DNA from: Hydrolagus affinis
Taxonomy: Eukaryota
Direction of reading: 5' to 3'
Assembly (NCBI GenBank): GCA_012026655.1
Contig: JAAILG010000093.1
Span: forward strand, 1 to 64,000
Length of the DNA stretch: 64,000 bases
Positions 11,605 through 24,167 of the stretch are shown here, in pieces. A program made the position numbers and the translations under genes. Under the pieces are notes generated by a model. The model was not told the DNA's origin. It worked only from the letters and a program-made list of their open reading frames with translations, and ran no database searches. The first letter of the stretch is position 1, and each line of letters starts with the position of its first letter.

Positions 11605-12547
11605 ACCATGAAGATCAGGGGGCTTTTATCTGATTAATAACATACATAATCTGTTGAATGTTATTTACACTAAGGTGAGATAAGCGGGTGAGATAGTGGT
11701 GGATGGAGTAGAACTTTCTGCAAGTATTTCCTGCAACAAATGTGATTGAATACGACCTTAATTAAATGGATTGCTTGCCTCTAATTCAGCATTGGTGCCT
11801 GTGTGATTGCAAACCCTCGTCTTGGAGCCATTTCAGGTAATCAGCAGAACACAGCAGGACACAGTCCATTATTGCACTTCTATTTATCTTGAATTTTACA
11901 TGAGTGATGGTGAGTTAACCAACACTCCTGGGTTGTTTTTGGCTTCCCCTTTGGCAAGTTCTACCCCACCAAAGAGTGCATGTGCTTTGTATTCTCTGAT
12001 TCCTGCATGTTGTACTTTGGATTTATCTGTATGAAGTGATCCATTACAAGTTAAAATATGAGACACCAAGAGGTATGTTGATTGCTCACAATGTCTTTTA
12101 ACATTCCCCTTCCTATGATGATAACATGGTTAAATCTATGTGGTTCACAGTTAGGATGTGAGCTCAATTCTGCCAGAAAGGAGCCCATGGCCGTTGTATC
12201 TCTGCTTGTAGAAATGGATAGGTATCCACGGATCAACAACTAGTAATTCTGAGCTGCGTAATTAGTTTCTGCCATGGAATCTGCAGCTTTTCTCAGAAGC
12301 GGTTGACAATGTTGTTCTTTCCTCAGATATATGGGAATTACATTTACACGTGTGGACTAGACGTGTTTGGATCCATTTAACCCTTCCATTTCTCTCTCTG
12401 AAATAACCTCACATATTTGTTTGGGGAAGTTCAATGTAATGGTGTCCCTACTTAAATATTGTCAGAAGCAGTCACTGATGTTCCAGAAGAAAAAAAGATA
12501 ACATTTTAAGATCTGTTTTGATTGCGGAATATAGTAATATACTACAT

Positions 12548-12765
12548 AATAATTCTGGCATTTGATAGAGTACCTAACCACATCATTGAGATTTCTCAAA
12601 GCACTTCACAGGATATCCTGTAAATTGGAATTTACAGTATTTTGTGGGTGAAAAGCGGCAGCCGATCACACACAGCAAAGTCCCACAGACACCCATGGAG
12701 TGAGTGACCAATTTTATTTGGGAGGGATTGCTGGCCAGGACACTGGGAGAAGCTCCCTTCTCTTT
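12548..12765 (-). mobile_element. Old Deu-domain SINE 3' part
   Basis: SINE-like tail plus GGCCAGGACACTGGGAGAAGCTCCC, resembling the end of the Deu domain (SacSINE1/AmnSINE-like). Confidence 0.6.
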
Positions 12766-14432
12766 TTGGGTGATGAGTGGTAGAATTTGGTCAGAATAAA
12801 ATGATAAAAGTAGAAAATAAAGCTGAAATGTATAGATGTAGGTTAGAGTGATTGGGAATAGTAGAGAAAGGCTTTGCTATAAATTAATACTGTACCTTTG
12901 GAATGACCTCATGTAGATTTTATTTTTAATATTTGTCGAGTCTTGATGAGATCAACATTTATTATGCAAGACAAATGAACATGTAATTGATCTGAGCAGA
13001 ACTGATACTCAATTAAAAGCTCCAGACTGAAGCATCTGAAAAGATAAATCCTTATTGCGTCTTCAGTTTACACTACGTACAGGACACATGTAAACTCAAC
13101 CGAATCTAATAAATTTTCCTTAATATTATCGATACCTATGGTGATTAAACATGAAATTTCAAGGGTGAATGAAGCAGGAAACTGCACTGAGCCAAACCAA
13201 TGCTAGGCATAGTTCTAAGAAGTATGGATTTTCCAATTTGTAAAACATCTGCTACATTCATCTTAGCTAAATTCTGTGCAGCTGGGTTCCAATTTCAGGC
13301 ATTCCATCATATATTCCTGTAGCTGAACATCTGGGGCTTCGAGGCACATCCACTAGAATTTGCACAGGTAGCATTTCAATGTTCAGCCGACCCTTCCTGC
13401 TTGTCCATTTGAAAATCCATTATTCTAAAGCCCACAGAGGAAGTTAGCATAGGATTATGGACCATAGTATTTAAAAATTGTGAAATAAATCTGGTAAATT
13501 GCCTATTTGAGATAACACATATATACGTCTGGTCAAAAAAAGGACAGGGTTTCAAAAGTGTTTTGCATTTGGATCCCTTTGCTTCCATTTCACGTACAAT
13601 TTGTAATTTAACAACTGAAGGTTGTTTGCATGGCTTTACTATAAATTACATGTTTGCTAAACCATGCAAAACCTATGGGCTATGTAGTCTCTTTCTGCCA
13701 AAGGAATAGGTCACCTTTCAGTTCTTTCTCTTATCGCTCTCTCTTTCCAGCAAGACAGCTGCAGGTACCAGAAGCTTCACCATTTAGTTAATTGCCTTTG
13801 TTCTTTTTGCTTCACATGAATAAGTTATACTCATGTGGCATCACGGACTGCAGTATTGTTGACATGACAAACTGCACTGAATCATCATCTCTTGGACTGT
13901 GCTGCAATCATACGATGGAATAGTAGTTTCAGTTCACATTTCATTATTCTGCACTCTTCAACTATTTATAAGATGAATGGAAATTTCCACTACTTCAGCT
14001 GACACACCTGCCTTTACCTAGCAACTGATAAAACAAAACTGACAAAGTCAGCTGGGAATGGAACTGGAGTAACTGTGTTTAGGCTTCAGTTAAGGAAATC
14101 ATCATGGAAAAAATAACACCAGAATAGATAAGATAGGAATTGTTTATTCTAATCTCTGGGTGTTGCTCACCAATTTGTCCCTGTTGAATGAAATACTGAC
14201 CAGGCATGTTGAAATGGTTCTTTCTCATTGTCTCTGTTTTAATGAAACAGAAATGGAATTGAATAGAATAAGATTGGAAGCAATTATTCAGCTGCATGTT
14301 GTAAAATATTGGGATCTAAAATAAGGCATTTGTTAATGAGGTTATATATTATTGGCAGCGCTCCAGATAACTTGCTAAATTGCCATTGTAAATACTACAG
14401 TCAATGAATTTAGCCAATGAATCATCAGGTCA

Positions 14433-14805
14433 TAATAATAAACCTTATATATGATATACTTCCTTAATACTTCATATTAATCAAGACTTAATAAGTCTTT
14501 GAGACGCCTCAAATCATTTCGCAGAATATGCTGTAAAGTGAATCAACTGTATATTTTGTGGGCAAAAGGTAGCAGCCAATTTCCAGTGCCCCACAAACAG
14601 TTGTAGATTGAGTGACCAAAGTATTTTTTTTTTGGGGGGTGATTATTACCCCAGAAAAGCGATGCAGGTTCCTATTTACTGCTAGGTAAACAGAGGCATA
14701 TGAAGCAAGGAAATTTGCCTTAGGTTTGGCCTCGCCTGGGAATCAAACTGAGATACTCTCACTTTTGAGATGAATTGTTCAACCAATATACACCTCAGAA
14801 CTCCT
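14433..14805 (-). mobile_element. tRNA-SINE, long subfamily with an extra central segment
   Basis: Contains (minus strand) TGCCTCTGTTTACCTAGCAGTAAATAGGAACC...ATCGCTTTT, which short copies lack. Confidence 0.75.
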
Positions 14806-15505
14806 CATTTTAAATAACAAATAACTTTGAAATAAGTCAAAATAGTGATACAGCTTGTGACATGCCATAGAGCTGGGCCAAAGAGGTGTGCCTTGCGACC
14901 TCAGATTGCGGGACCATGTCCTTGAAGGGGTGGCTGTCCCTTTCATTCCCTCTCAATTACTCATTACTTCCACCTACTCTTCCTGATTCCAGCAGTGGGT
15001 GTCACCCTCACTGCTGGTTGTCGCACGTAAGATGATGTTGAGACTGCTTTATATAGTAACGCAGATCGTGAAAAGCCGGTATAACAAGACGTGCCAGAGT
15101 GGTTACCACAACATATCGACAAAGGACAACAAATGGAAAGACAGGTGTTGTTTCAGAAACATTTGACATCCCTATTATCTCTTGAACGCTCTTCCCTTCT
15201 TTGCTGCTAGCCTTCATGTGTCATGGTATCTATTCCACAGTCTTAACTGAGGAACGAGCAGAGAGGACTAAATAATACTACTCATCATTGAGTTCAATTT
15301 TCAAATATCTACCAAACCCTTCACCTTGGTTTTCCTGCACATTTATTTTGCATCTGGAAAATTTAGTTTTATTCCATTCTTAAAATTTTCATGGGGTTTA
15401 AACCATTTTTCAAACCCTCCAGGCTAAGTATCTTTTAGATTTCTATTTCCTCACTGCTTCCCTGACATTCTCCCTTGCCAACCAGTCCATCATGTCCTGT
15501 AGTTC

Positions 15506-15819
15506 AGAGCCCTGCAGCTCAGTGGTTCGACTTGGAAGCGAGAGACCTGGGTTCAATTCCAAGCAGGATGAAACCTTGGGCAAGATTCCATACTTCGCAT
15601 GCCTGATAATAATCCCATGGTAAAAAAACAATAATAAATTGGTCATTTCAATCCACGGCTGTTTGTGGGCCGACCTTGCTGTGTGTAATTCACTGCTGTG
15701 TTTCGCCCACAATTATACTGTCAATTCACTTTACAGTTCATTATGTGAAGGGCTTTGAGACGCTTAGAAGACATGAAAAATGCTGTGACAAATGCAAGGA
15801 TTATTATTATGATTATTAT
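15506..15819 (+). mobile_element. Full-length tRNA-SINE
   Basis: B-box GGTTCAATTCC, body, (ATT)n tail. Confidence 0.88.
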
Positions 15820-15984
15820 CATCTCTCAACCTTCTCTGGCTTTCAGTCCAAAGTCAGCAATGCCATCCCTTCTGCACTGTCTCCCTTAGCCTCCTCCATG
15901 CATGCGAGCTGACCATGTCCCCCTTTGCTCCTAAATGTGAACGGTGCTGTATTAAATGCAAGGATTAATATAATTGTAAATTTT

Positions 15985-16140
15985 AAACAAGTAATAACAA
16001 TTTGGTCACTCAATCCATGACTCTTTATGAGACACTGCTGTGCATAATTGGCTGTCACGTTTCACCAACAAAACACACGGTCACTACACTTTACAGTGCA
16101 TTCCGTGAAGCGCATTATTAAATGCAAGGATTATTATTGC
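15985..16140 (+). mobile_element. tRNA-SINE 3' part
   Basis: TTGGTCACTCAATCCATGACT...AAATGCAAGGATTATTATT. Confidence 0.75.
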
Positions 16141-16487
16141 TATTATAACTGTGATATTTTAGACATCAATCTGCAGGACTGCAAAAGGAAGCTTGCAAAT
16201 ATTTTAAGCCGTTATGTTTGATACCCAGTTTTGAAATTCAGAGGCTGCACAGCAGTATAAAGCGTATACTATAATGTTATTTTCTATTTTTACATTTCCA
16301 TTGGATTCCCATTCCTGCCACCTGTCGCGGCAACTGCTTTAGCCAGGAGGGTGTCACCATCTGGGCCAGGGAACTCTCCACAGCTGCCATGACTGCTGTG
16401 TTATAATTGCCTAATACCATGTGTGTCTGCAGGGCAGCCCTTGTCCTGTGGATGGTTCCAGTTATTCTTAAAGGAGCCTTACACACC

Positions 16488-16715
16488 AGGGCAAAATGTT
16501 GGGCCAGTTTCCCTACTCTCACGCGCCTTTGTTTACCTAAAAGTAAGTAGGAATCCGATTGTTAGTCGATTGATGGATCGCTTTTCCAGGGGTTAATAAT
16601 TCTTTTTTTAAAAAATAATAAATTGGTCAGCTCAATCCACGACTGTTTGTGGGAAACTGCTGTATCCAATTGGCTGCCACATTTCACCCACAAAATATAC
16701 AGTCAATATTTTGAA
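16488..16715 (+). mobile_element. tRNA-SINE, long subfamily, partial
   Basis: GGGCCAGTTTCCCTACTC...GCCTTTGTTTACCTAAAAGTAAGTAGGAATCC...GATCGCTTTT, then the SINE body. Confidence 0.7.
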
Positions 16716-16739
16716 GTACTGTACCTAGTAAAGTCGTGG

Positions 16740-17070
16740 CAATGAATGAGCGATGCTTCACATTGAATCGCTTCCTGCCAATTGCCAGCACATTGTAGTG
16801 ATTTTATTTTTGTGGACAAATTTAGGAGGAATTTTGGACATAGCAACATTCTACGAATTTAGGTGAATGTCAGATTGATCTGTGAGATTGTTGGCCAGAA
16901 TTCTAGGAGAAATTCTATTCTCTCTGCAAATTGTGTCATGAGATCTTAATTATGCATCTGAACAGGGACATTCTAACATCCCATCCGAATGGCCCCAACT
17001 CCAATAAGCAGCGCTTCCCCCAACACTGCACAAGATTGTCAGCTTAGACTGTGAGTTCATGTCTTGCAGA
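16740..17070 (-). mobile_element. Old Deu-domain SINE
   Basis: CATCCCATCCGAATGG...CAGCGCTTCCCCAACACTGCAC...GTCAGCTTAGA resembles the Deu domain in reverse; similar to 33850-34240. Confidence 0.6.
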
Positions 17071-18590
17071 CTTTGCAGTTTGATATCCCTGAAAATATCA
17101 CCCCATTGAGACTTCATTTAAAAGTTAAACAACCCATAAGAAAAACTCATTGAATAGTTGTGCAATAGCAGATACAGCATCTGGGCACATCTGAAGAGCA
17201 CTAAAGCAAGATTTTCAGAGCAGGCTTCCCTAAAAAAAACCTTCGCAAACTGCAGCAAATCAATACATTATATACTAAATGACCTGTCTCACCTCTGTAG
17301 TGATTCATTATCACACCCAGCAGTACAGCAATTGATGACTCTAACTCACTCTCACTCACCCTTTCTCATTCTGAGATATTTGTGTTCAGGAACTGAGAAG
17401 GAACTAATTTAGTCAAAGGCTTGACGGATTGAGGTAGGATGGTTGGGCAGGTATTCTGAAGGCATCTGACCAGGGACCAAAGGGCGAACTTAACCCAAAC
17501 CTCTCTTTTGATCTTACTGTGAGATCTGTGCTCACAATGATAATTGTCTGCATAATGAAACAAGCTGGTTACGTAATCTTGACAAGTGTTTCCTTAAAAG
17601 GATTTTTAGTGTATTCCTCTTAAATTATTAAGCTTCTTCTGAGCCTATAAGATATTGAGAAGGAGATTCAAAGAGTTACTTTATGCCTTATTCTGATCAC
17701 AAAGATCCATGGATAGCATTGACTGATGAGGCACAAATATCATCTAGAAACAACATTCATAAAAAAAATCTGAACTCCTGCCTGCTGGAGACACTCTGTA
17801 TTGGAGAACGCTGTTTGTGTTCTGCCTTCAAAATTACTTCAGATTCCAGGAGGCTAGAGTACATCAAGTCTGACACAGGGGAAATATCTGAATGAGTGGG
17901 CTACCGTCGGGTCAATTCTTCATGAATCAGCAAATTACTTTCCAGTTTTCTGTCCGCATTATAAAGTGAAGATGGCTGAATTGGGTTAAGGAATTAGCAC
18001 ACAGTTCTTCACACACCACTCACTGACTTATACCATATTACAATGAAAGGGATATTGATTTCTATATATAGTTTAATCCAATTTTGCAAAGGTCATGCTT
18101 TCTAACATTCTTCTTCAGCTCCCACATTTTGTCGTAATATTTCCGTGCAGTGTTCAGTTCTGTATTTTCAAAGTCGGTGATGATTATTTCTTAATGCGGT
18201 GACCAAAAATCCGCCAGTAATAAAGTGGGCTTCAGCACACTGCGCAGCTTATAACCTATAGTTGTAGCAATGCGCAGATGTGATCTCATTAGGATAAACT
18301 GTAACCCCTCCCATTGACAATGGAATCATCTCCTGTCCCAGTGTGCTGTTCTGCTTCAAGCTTCAGTGTCATTACAAATTTCTCCCTTGCAAGCAAGAAA
18401 TTCCCAACGACAAACTTTCTTGACTGAGCGTTGAATCTGCTAAGAGAATGCAGTCTGTTGATTGTGACAAAACTGGGTCTCCTCTCCTTAAATGAAAATT
18501 CCACTCTTGTGACTATCCAAAATTAATATTTATTGTAAACATCATACTTCAGCAGATGCAGAGTGTCTCCTACTATCCTTTTACTGTAGT

Positions 18591-19117
18591 AATAATAGTA
18601 ATCCTTGTACAGTAAAAGCCCGTTTATCCGGCACCCGATCAACCGTAACTTCCATATAACCGGCACCTCAAAAAAAAGTCTGCATTCGATTAACCGGAAT
18701 TTATCCGGAAAAATACTTTTTTTTGTTGTTTTTTTTGTTTGTTTTCGGCCGAATATGCGGCACGCCTTTTAACCGGCATTGGCCCGGTCCCGAGGGTACC
18801 CGATAAACGGGCTTGTACTGTATTTGATATAGCGCTTTTCACTCTTCTAGACATCTCAAAGCGCTTCACAGGATATACTATCAAGTGAATTGACAGTATA
18901 TTTGTGGACAAAACATAGCAGCCAATTGCACACAACAGTGTCCCACAAATAGTCATGGATTTAAATGACCAATTTATTATTGGGTTTTTTTCTTGAGGGA
19001 TTATTATCAGGTATGTGGAGTTAGGAAACTTGCCCAAGGTTTTGCTCTGCCTGGAATTGAACCCATGTCTCTCACACGTCAGACGACAGTGCTCCAACCA
19101 CTGAGCTACAGGAATCT
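18591..19117 (-). mobile_element. Full-length tRNA-SINE interrupted by a MITE
   Basis: SINE tail is split at CCTTG(TA)...(TA)TTTGATATAGCGC. Confidence 0.88.
18610..18820. mobile_element. Tc1/mariner (Tigger/pogo-like) MITE, family 1
   Basis: TIR CAGTAAAAGCCCGTTTATCCGGCACCC / GGGTACCCGATAAACGGGCTTGTACTG; TA target duplication at 18608-09 and 18821-22. Confidence 0.9.
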
Positions 19118-19444
19118 ACAACTAAATTACGGACTAATCAGGCTGCTGGTTATCTCTCAATTGATTTCTTTGTTACAATGATACTGAATTTCCTTTTGGA
19201 TATCCTGACAGATCCGTCCCCTGCCTCCCTGGGGAGTGTGTTCTATATACTGTACTGTTTTTATCCCTTTGTGTAAGGCAATTAAATTTAAACTGACCCT
19301 TTCCTTGTCATAGCTTGAATTCCTTTGTTGTAGAGTTTGCTATGTTAAGTCATGTGCTCTTCCCTGCTCCAGCGTGACCTGGAGGTACAATTCCAGCTAT
19401 CAGTTTCCGTGCCTTGATTTGCACAGAGTTACCATGTACCATGT

Positions 19445-19745
19445 GGGCAATTGGTTGCCACATTCGCCCCCCAAATATACAGTCAATTCACTTTACAGTA
19501 TATTCTGTGAAGCGCTTTGAAACATCTCAAAGACGTGATAAGGTACATAAGAACATAAGAATTAGGAGCAGGAGTAGGCCATTCGGCCCCTCAAGCCTGC
19601 CCCGTCATTTGATAAAATCATGGCTGATCTTCTGACCTAACTCTAATTACCTGCCCTATCCCCATATCCCCTAATCCCTCTATTTTTTATAATAGAGGGA
19701 TTAAAATAATTAAAATCCCTCTATATCAAATGCAAGGATTATTTG
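19445..19745 (+). mobile_element. SINE 3' part carrying a minus-strand CR1 3'-tail insertion (~19544-19690)
   Basis: ACATAAGAACATAAGAATTAGGAGCAGGAGTAGGCCATTCGGCCC closely matches the CR1 tail at 57968 onward. Confidence 0.85.
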
Positions 19746-19793
19746 TATTCGTTCTCCTTCCCAACTCTCAAATTACTGATAGCACAGGGCCAT

Positions 19794-20102
19794 TAATAAT
19801 AATCTTTGCCTTTGATATCGTGCCTTATCAGGTCTTTGTGGCATTTCAAAGCGCTTCACAGAATATACTGTAAAGTGAATTGACTTTACAATATATATAT
19901 ATATGTGGGCGAAACATGGCAGCCCATTGTGCACAGCAGTGTCCCACAAACAGTGGTGGATTGAAATGATAAAAAAATTTTGAGGGATTATTATTAGGCG
20001 TGCGGAGTAAGAAAACCTGCCCAAGATTTCACTCAACTCGGAATCAAACCCAGGTCTCTTGCTTGTAAGGTGAGTGCTCTAACCACTGAGCTACAGGAAT
20101 CC
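19794..20102 (-). mobile_element. Full-length tRNA-SINE
   Basis: Reverse complement of the consensus, with head and tail. Confidence 0.9.
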
Positions 20103-21919
20103 ACAAAGTAAAAAACTTTCTATATAAATAACCTCTGCAAAAGGCAAGTAGAGTGTGAATTAATACGAAGGGAGTGTCATTGCAATAATATTTTGTACAG
20201 TTTATTCACCAGGAAACCATAAACACCATATGTTTTTAATCAGAGGCTATGGTTTAGTTGCAGAGTGGAGTAAATAAAGGTTACTGTACATTGATTCGTT
20301 TTTAATCTTTGGATTGGGTTATAAGCCACTGAAACATTTGTTACTGTTATAAATGCACTGAGCTTGTGTCATGATATTATCTCAGAATTCAAGTTTAGAC
20401 TGGTGTCTATATCGTCCCTTTTCCCCTAAAACGCTCAAGTACAGCTCTCAGTGAGAGCAAACAAAAAGGCTCCCCAAACACTTCCTTATAAGAATATAAG
20501 AGAGATGGAATGAAGAGGCTGCTTAGCCCATCAGATTTCAAGAAGGCAGTACCCTTTAAACTCAGCATTTAATCTCACTTTATACCTAGAGGGCAACCAT
20601 CTTCACTCATTGCCACTAAAGCCATAATGAGCCAATGACCTCTATAGGAAACCCTTGATAGTTTGAATGCTTTGAATGCTCAGATTTAGTAAAGACACAA
20701 TTAAAATAATCAGTCCAATTGTCTTCTGTAAGGCTGATCTGCAGAACTTGTGTTTGTTTCCACTGCGGTTTAAAGTTTAAATAAGCAAAGACACTTTGCT
20801 TGTTCTTTTCCAACAGTGGTAGTTCATCTTCATTTCTGGTGTAGTTTTGCGTAAATAGATCAGATGTGATTAGTAACAAGATTTTTTTCACTCCAAGCCA
20901 TGCCTGAGGGAGATTTGTGTTTGATTTTTTATGAGATTCTGAGTGGATTTCTTATTACAATATTTATCCTTGTTACATGGATTGTGTTTAATCAGTCGTG
21001 GCTCTCCCTGAATTCCCCCATCCGCTTAAGTTGTATGCTTTAAACTATTGTGAGCGAGATACTGAGCAAAGTTTCCAGTGTGACTGTTCTCAACTTTGCA
21101 GCCAAAGTTTATATGACACCTTTCTGTTTAGTTTATTAACCCATTCTGCTCAGCCATTTTATTTACCATATTAATCTATCTACCCCTTCTACAACTCATT
21201 CTACTGACTCATTCTATCCGACCCATTGCTACTTTATCACCAATTTTGTTCTTAAAACCAAATATTCAGGTCTTTCAGTTGAATTTGAACTGTGAGAGCA
21301 ATGGGGAAAAAATAAGCTTTTTGATAAGGTCTGAGTTAGCTTTTGTTTTCCCTGCTGATATTACACATGAATTTGACTTCAAAATCCTTGTGTCAGCAAG
21401 CTTTGCGCAGGGTAATCTTTAGCTATTTTCCCAGAGGGAATTTGAAATTCAGAATTCAGAAATATGATGATCATTATCCGCATTGTCAACATTTCTTGAT
21501 CTTCTATGAGAGATTGACAGTGATGGAGCCTTGTAGTTGGATGGATGAACTGTTTCAGTTGACCTCACAAATATTATCTGTATTGGTGGTGGGAAGCATT
21601 TATCTGAAAGGCATCTTAATCTTCAATTTTAAGTTGTATTGTCTTTACTGAGGACGTCTGTAGATACTTGTGTGCCTCTGAGTTAGGCTCACTAGAGTGA
21701 CTCAGTGTAAGGCCGCCTTTACCCTGAAAAGTGAGTCTGTCAGAGAACACCTCAATCTATCTGTACTACATTTTTTCTTCACCTACAAAGTATACAGTCA
21801 ATTCACTTTACTCTACTAAGCGCTTTGAAACATCTTGATGATGTGATCATGCTCTATATAAAATGCAAGGATTATTAGTATTATGAGTCCCCAGTAGTTA
21901 TTCCCGGTAGTTATCCCCA

Positions 21920-22232
21920 GGAGTCTTGTAGCTCAATGGTTAGAGCACTCACCTTACAAGCGTGAGACCTGTGTTCGAATCCAGGCAGGTCAGGGCAAAA
22001 CCTTAGTCAAGTTTCCTTACTCCACAGACCTAATAATAATCCCTCCAAAAAAAAACATTGTAATGAAATTGGTCAATTCAATCCACAACTGTTTGTGGGG
22101 CCCCACTCTGTACAATTGGTTGCTGCGTTTCGTCCACAAGTAAACAGTCAATTCACTTTACAGTATATTTTGTGAAGCGCTTTGTCTAGAAGACGTGATA
22201 AGCGTTATATCAAATGCAAGAATTATTATTAT
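21920..22232 (+). mobile_element. Full-length tRNA-SINE (a further tail fragment lies at ~21775-21882)
   Basis: A box TAGCTCAATGG, B box GTTCGAATCC, body, tail. Confidence 0.9.
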
Positions 22233-22339
22233 AGTATCTGTGACAACCGGTGAATTGTAAGAGATCAAGCCCACTCAGTCCAATGAGTGAGCAAATATGT
22301 TCCAAGCAACTTGTTTCTATTTTTCTTGGTCAGATGTTT

Positions 22340-22605
22340 TCCACAACCCACACTGAGAATTCCACATGTTCATTCTCCCTGGAGGGACAAAGTTTTATTT
22401 ATCACAGGTTGAGCTCCCATTACTTTCGAATCTTGTCGTTAACATCCATACTAACAAGATCCTGGTTTAACGTCTCATCTGAAGGACGGAACCCCTCATA
22501 AAAGCACCCCAGCCTTGACTATATGAGCTCAAAGACTTGATGTAGGGATTGAACGCATCACTTTCAATCTCCAAGGTCAGAATGGATCAACTGAGTCAGG
22601 TGATA
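22340..22605 (-). mobile_element. Old Deu-domain SINE
   Basis: GGTTTAACGTCTCATCTGAAGGACGG and a degenerate tRNA head (GGGATTGAAC...CAACTGAGTCA). Confidence 0.55.
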
Positions 22606-22613
22606 CCTATATA

Positions 22614-22846
22614 CAGTAAAAGCCCGTTTATCCGGCACCCTCGGGACCTGGCCAATGCCGGTTAAAACGCATGCTGGATATTCGGCCAAAAACACATGCA
22701 AATTTTTTTTAATTAAAAAATAATTTTTAAAAAAATGCATTTTTCCACATAGATTCTGGTTAATCAAATGCGGACTTTTTTTTTAAAATGTGCCAGTTAT
22801 ACGGAAGTAACAGTTGATTGGGTGCCAGATAAACGGGCTTTTACTG
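22614..22846. mobile_element. Tigger/pogo-like MITE, family 1 (opposite orientation to the 18610 copy)
   Basis: TIR CAGTAAAAGCCCGTTTATCCGGCACCC / GGGTGCCAGATAAACGGGCTTTTACTG; TA on both flanks. Confidence 0.9.
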
Positions 22847-23507
22847 TAATATGATTTGATGCCATGTTCTGAAGAGTATTTTTTCTTTAATATTCTTTTG
22901 CGACACTTGTTTTTTTAATAACTGACTGTCTGTCTCCTTTTCAACCAAATACTCATCTTAAATCAAATACTAATCTTCGCAAGCAATGCTACCTCCAGGG
23001 ATAAGACATATTATGTCCCTGAGTTTTGAACGTGTGATTATCAATAAAGAGCTTCAAGATAGTTGTTGTACTAAGTACGTCTCCAATATAGCATTCTCAT
23101 GACGTAAAAGTATTTTCTCAGCTGCCTATTAAATTGTGATTGAAAATGATTCTTTCAACTCATCACTACCACAGAGTTTACCTGCTCTCCACACTCTGAG
23201 TCACTCCAAAGTGCTGATAACAAATGAATGTCAGGATGCAGCTTTCTGAACATGCCAGGAATTATATGGAAAAGAACAATCTTTTCAAGCAGTGACCTTT
23301 CAGATCAATAGGATTTCTGAAAGACTGTTCTTGCGATGCTGAAATGGAAAGTCTGACACAGTCATTGAAAACCCATGACTGTAACTAAAATTGCACTTAC
23401 GGTTCTTAAAATATGTTGGAATTGTATTTTTCGGCTCCCACAACTTGGACAAATTCAGAATTTAAAGTTCAGCAAGTTGTGACTTTTTGTCATAAAGTGT
23501 TTTAGAG

Positions 23508-23631
23508 CAGTGGTGTAAAATCTTTTTGGTTGGCCAACAAAATAATCATAGAAATACCATAGGTTTACGCTGTAACATTTAATTAGCAAACATTTATTTG
23601 GTTGGTCAACCAAAACAGTTGGCCACCACTG
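23508..23631. mobile_element. Short hAT-like MITE
   Basis: ~38-bp imperfect terminal inverted repeats starting CAGTGGTG and ending CACCACTG; the 8-bp TSD is not well preserved. Confidence 0.6.
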
Positions 23632-23699
23632 CCATAAATTAAGAAATATCAATCAAGAAACATTTATTACCACTGATTTAGACTAATCACAGCCCCCAA

Positions 23700-23884
23700 A
23701 AATAAAATTAAAATAATTTGGTCACTCAATCTACAAGTGTTTGTGGGATACTGCTGTATGCAACTGGCTACTGCGTTTTGCCTACAAAATAAAAAGTCAA
23801 TTCACTTTGCAGTATATTCTTTGAAGCGCTTGGAGACTTTTTGAAGTCGCAATAAGATGTTGTGTAATGAAAGGATTATTATTT
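23700..23884 (+). mobile_element. tRNA-SINE 3' half
   Basis: SINE body and tail. Confidence 0.75.
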
Positions 23885-24167
23885 CTTGGCATAATTAATA
23901 TGGAAACCAAGACTTTGAAATTATATGGTTGAATGTTTTGAGAGGCAGCTGTGCAAACAGTTCATAAAGGTTATGATCTCCGCACAAAATAATTCTGCAT
24001 GTTAAATATTATTTGTTGAGCAAAGGCGCGGAGGTTGGGAAGTTCATGCTCAATTCACATTTTAATGTTAGCTGCACTCCAGGGTGCTTTGTGTGATCAG
24101 ATCAGATCTCATTATTAATAAATACGTGATATGATTTGGGGAAATAAAGTAAGCTGCAACTCTACAT

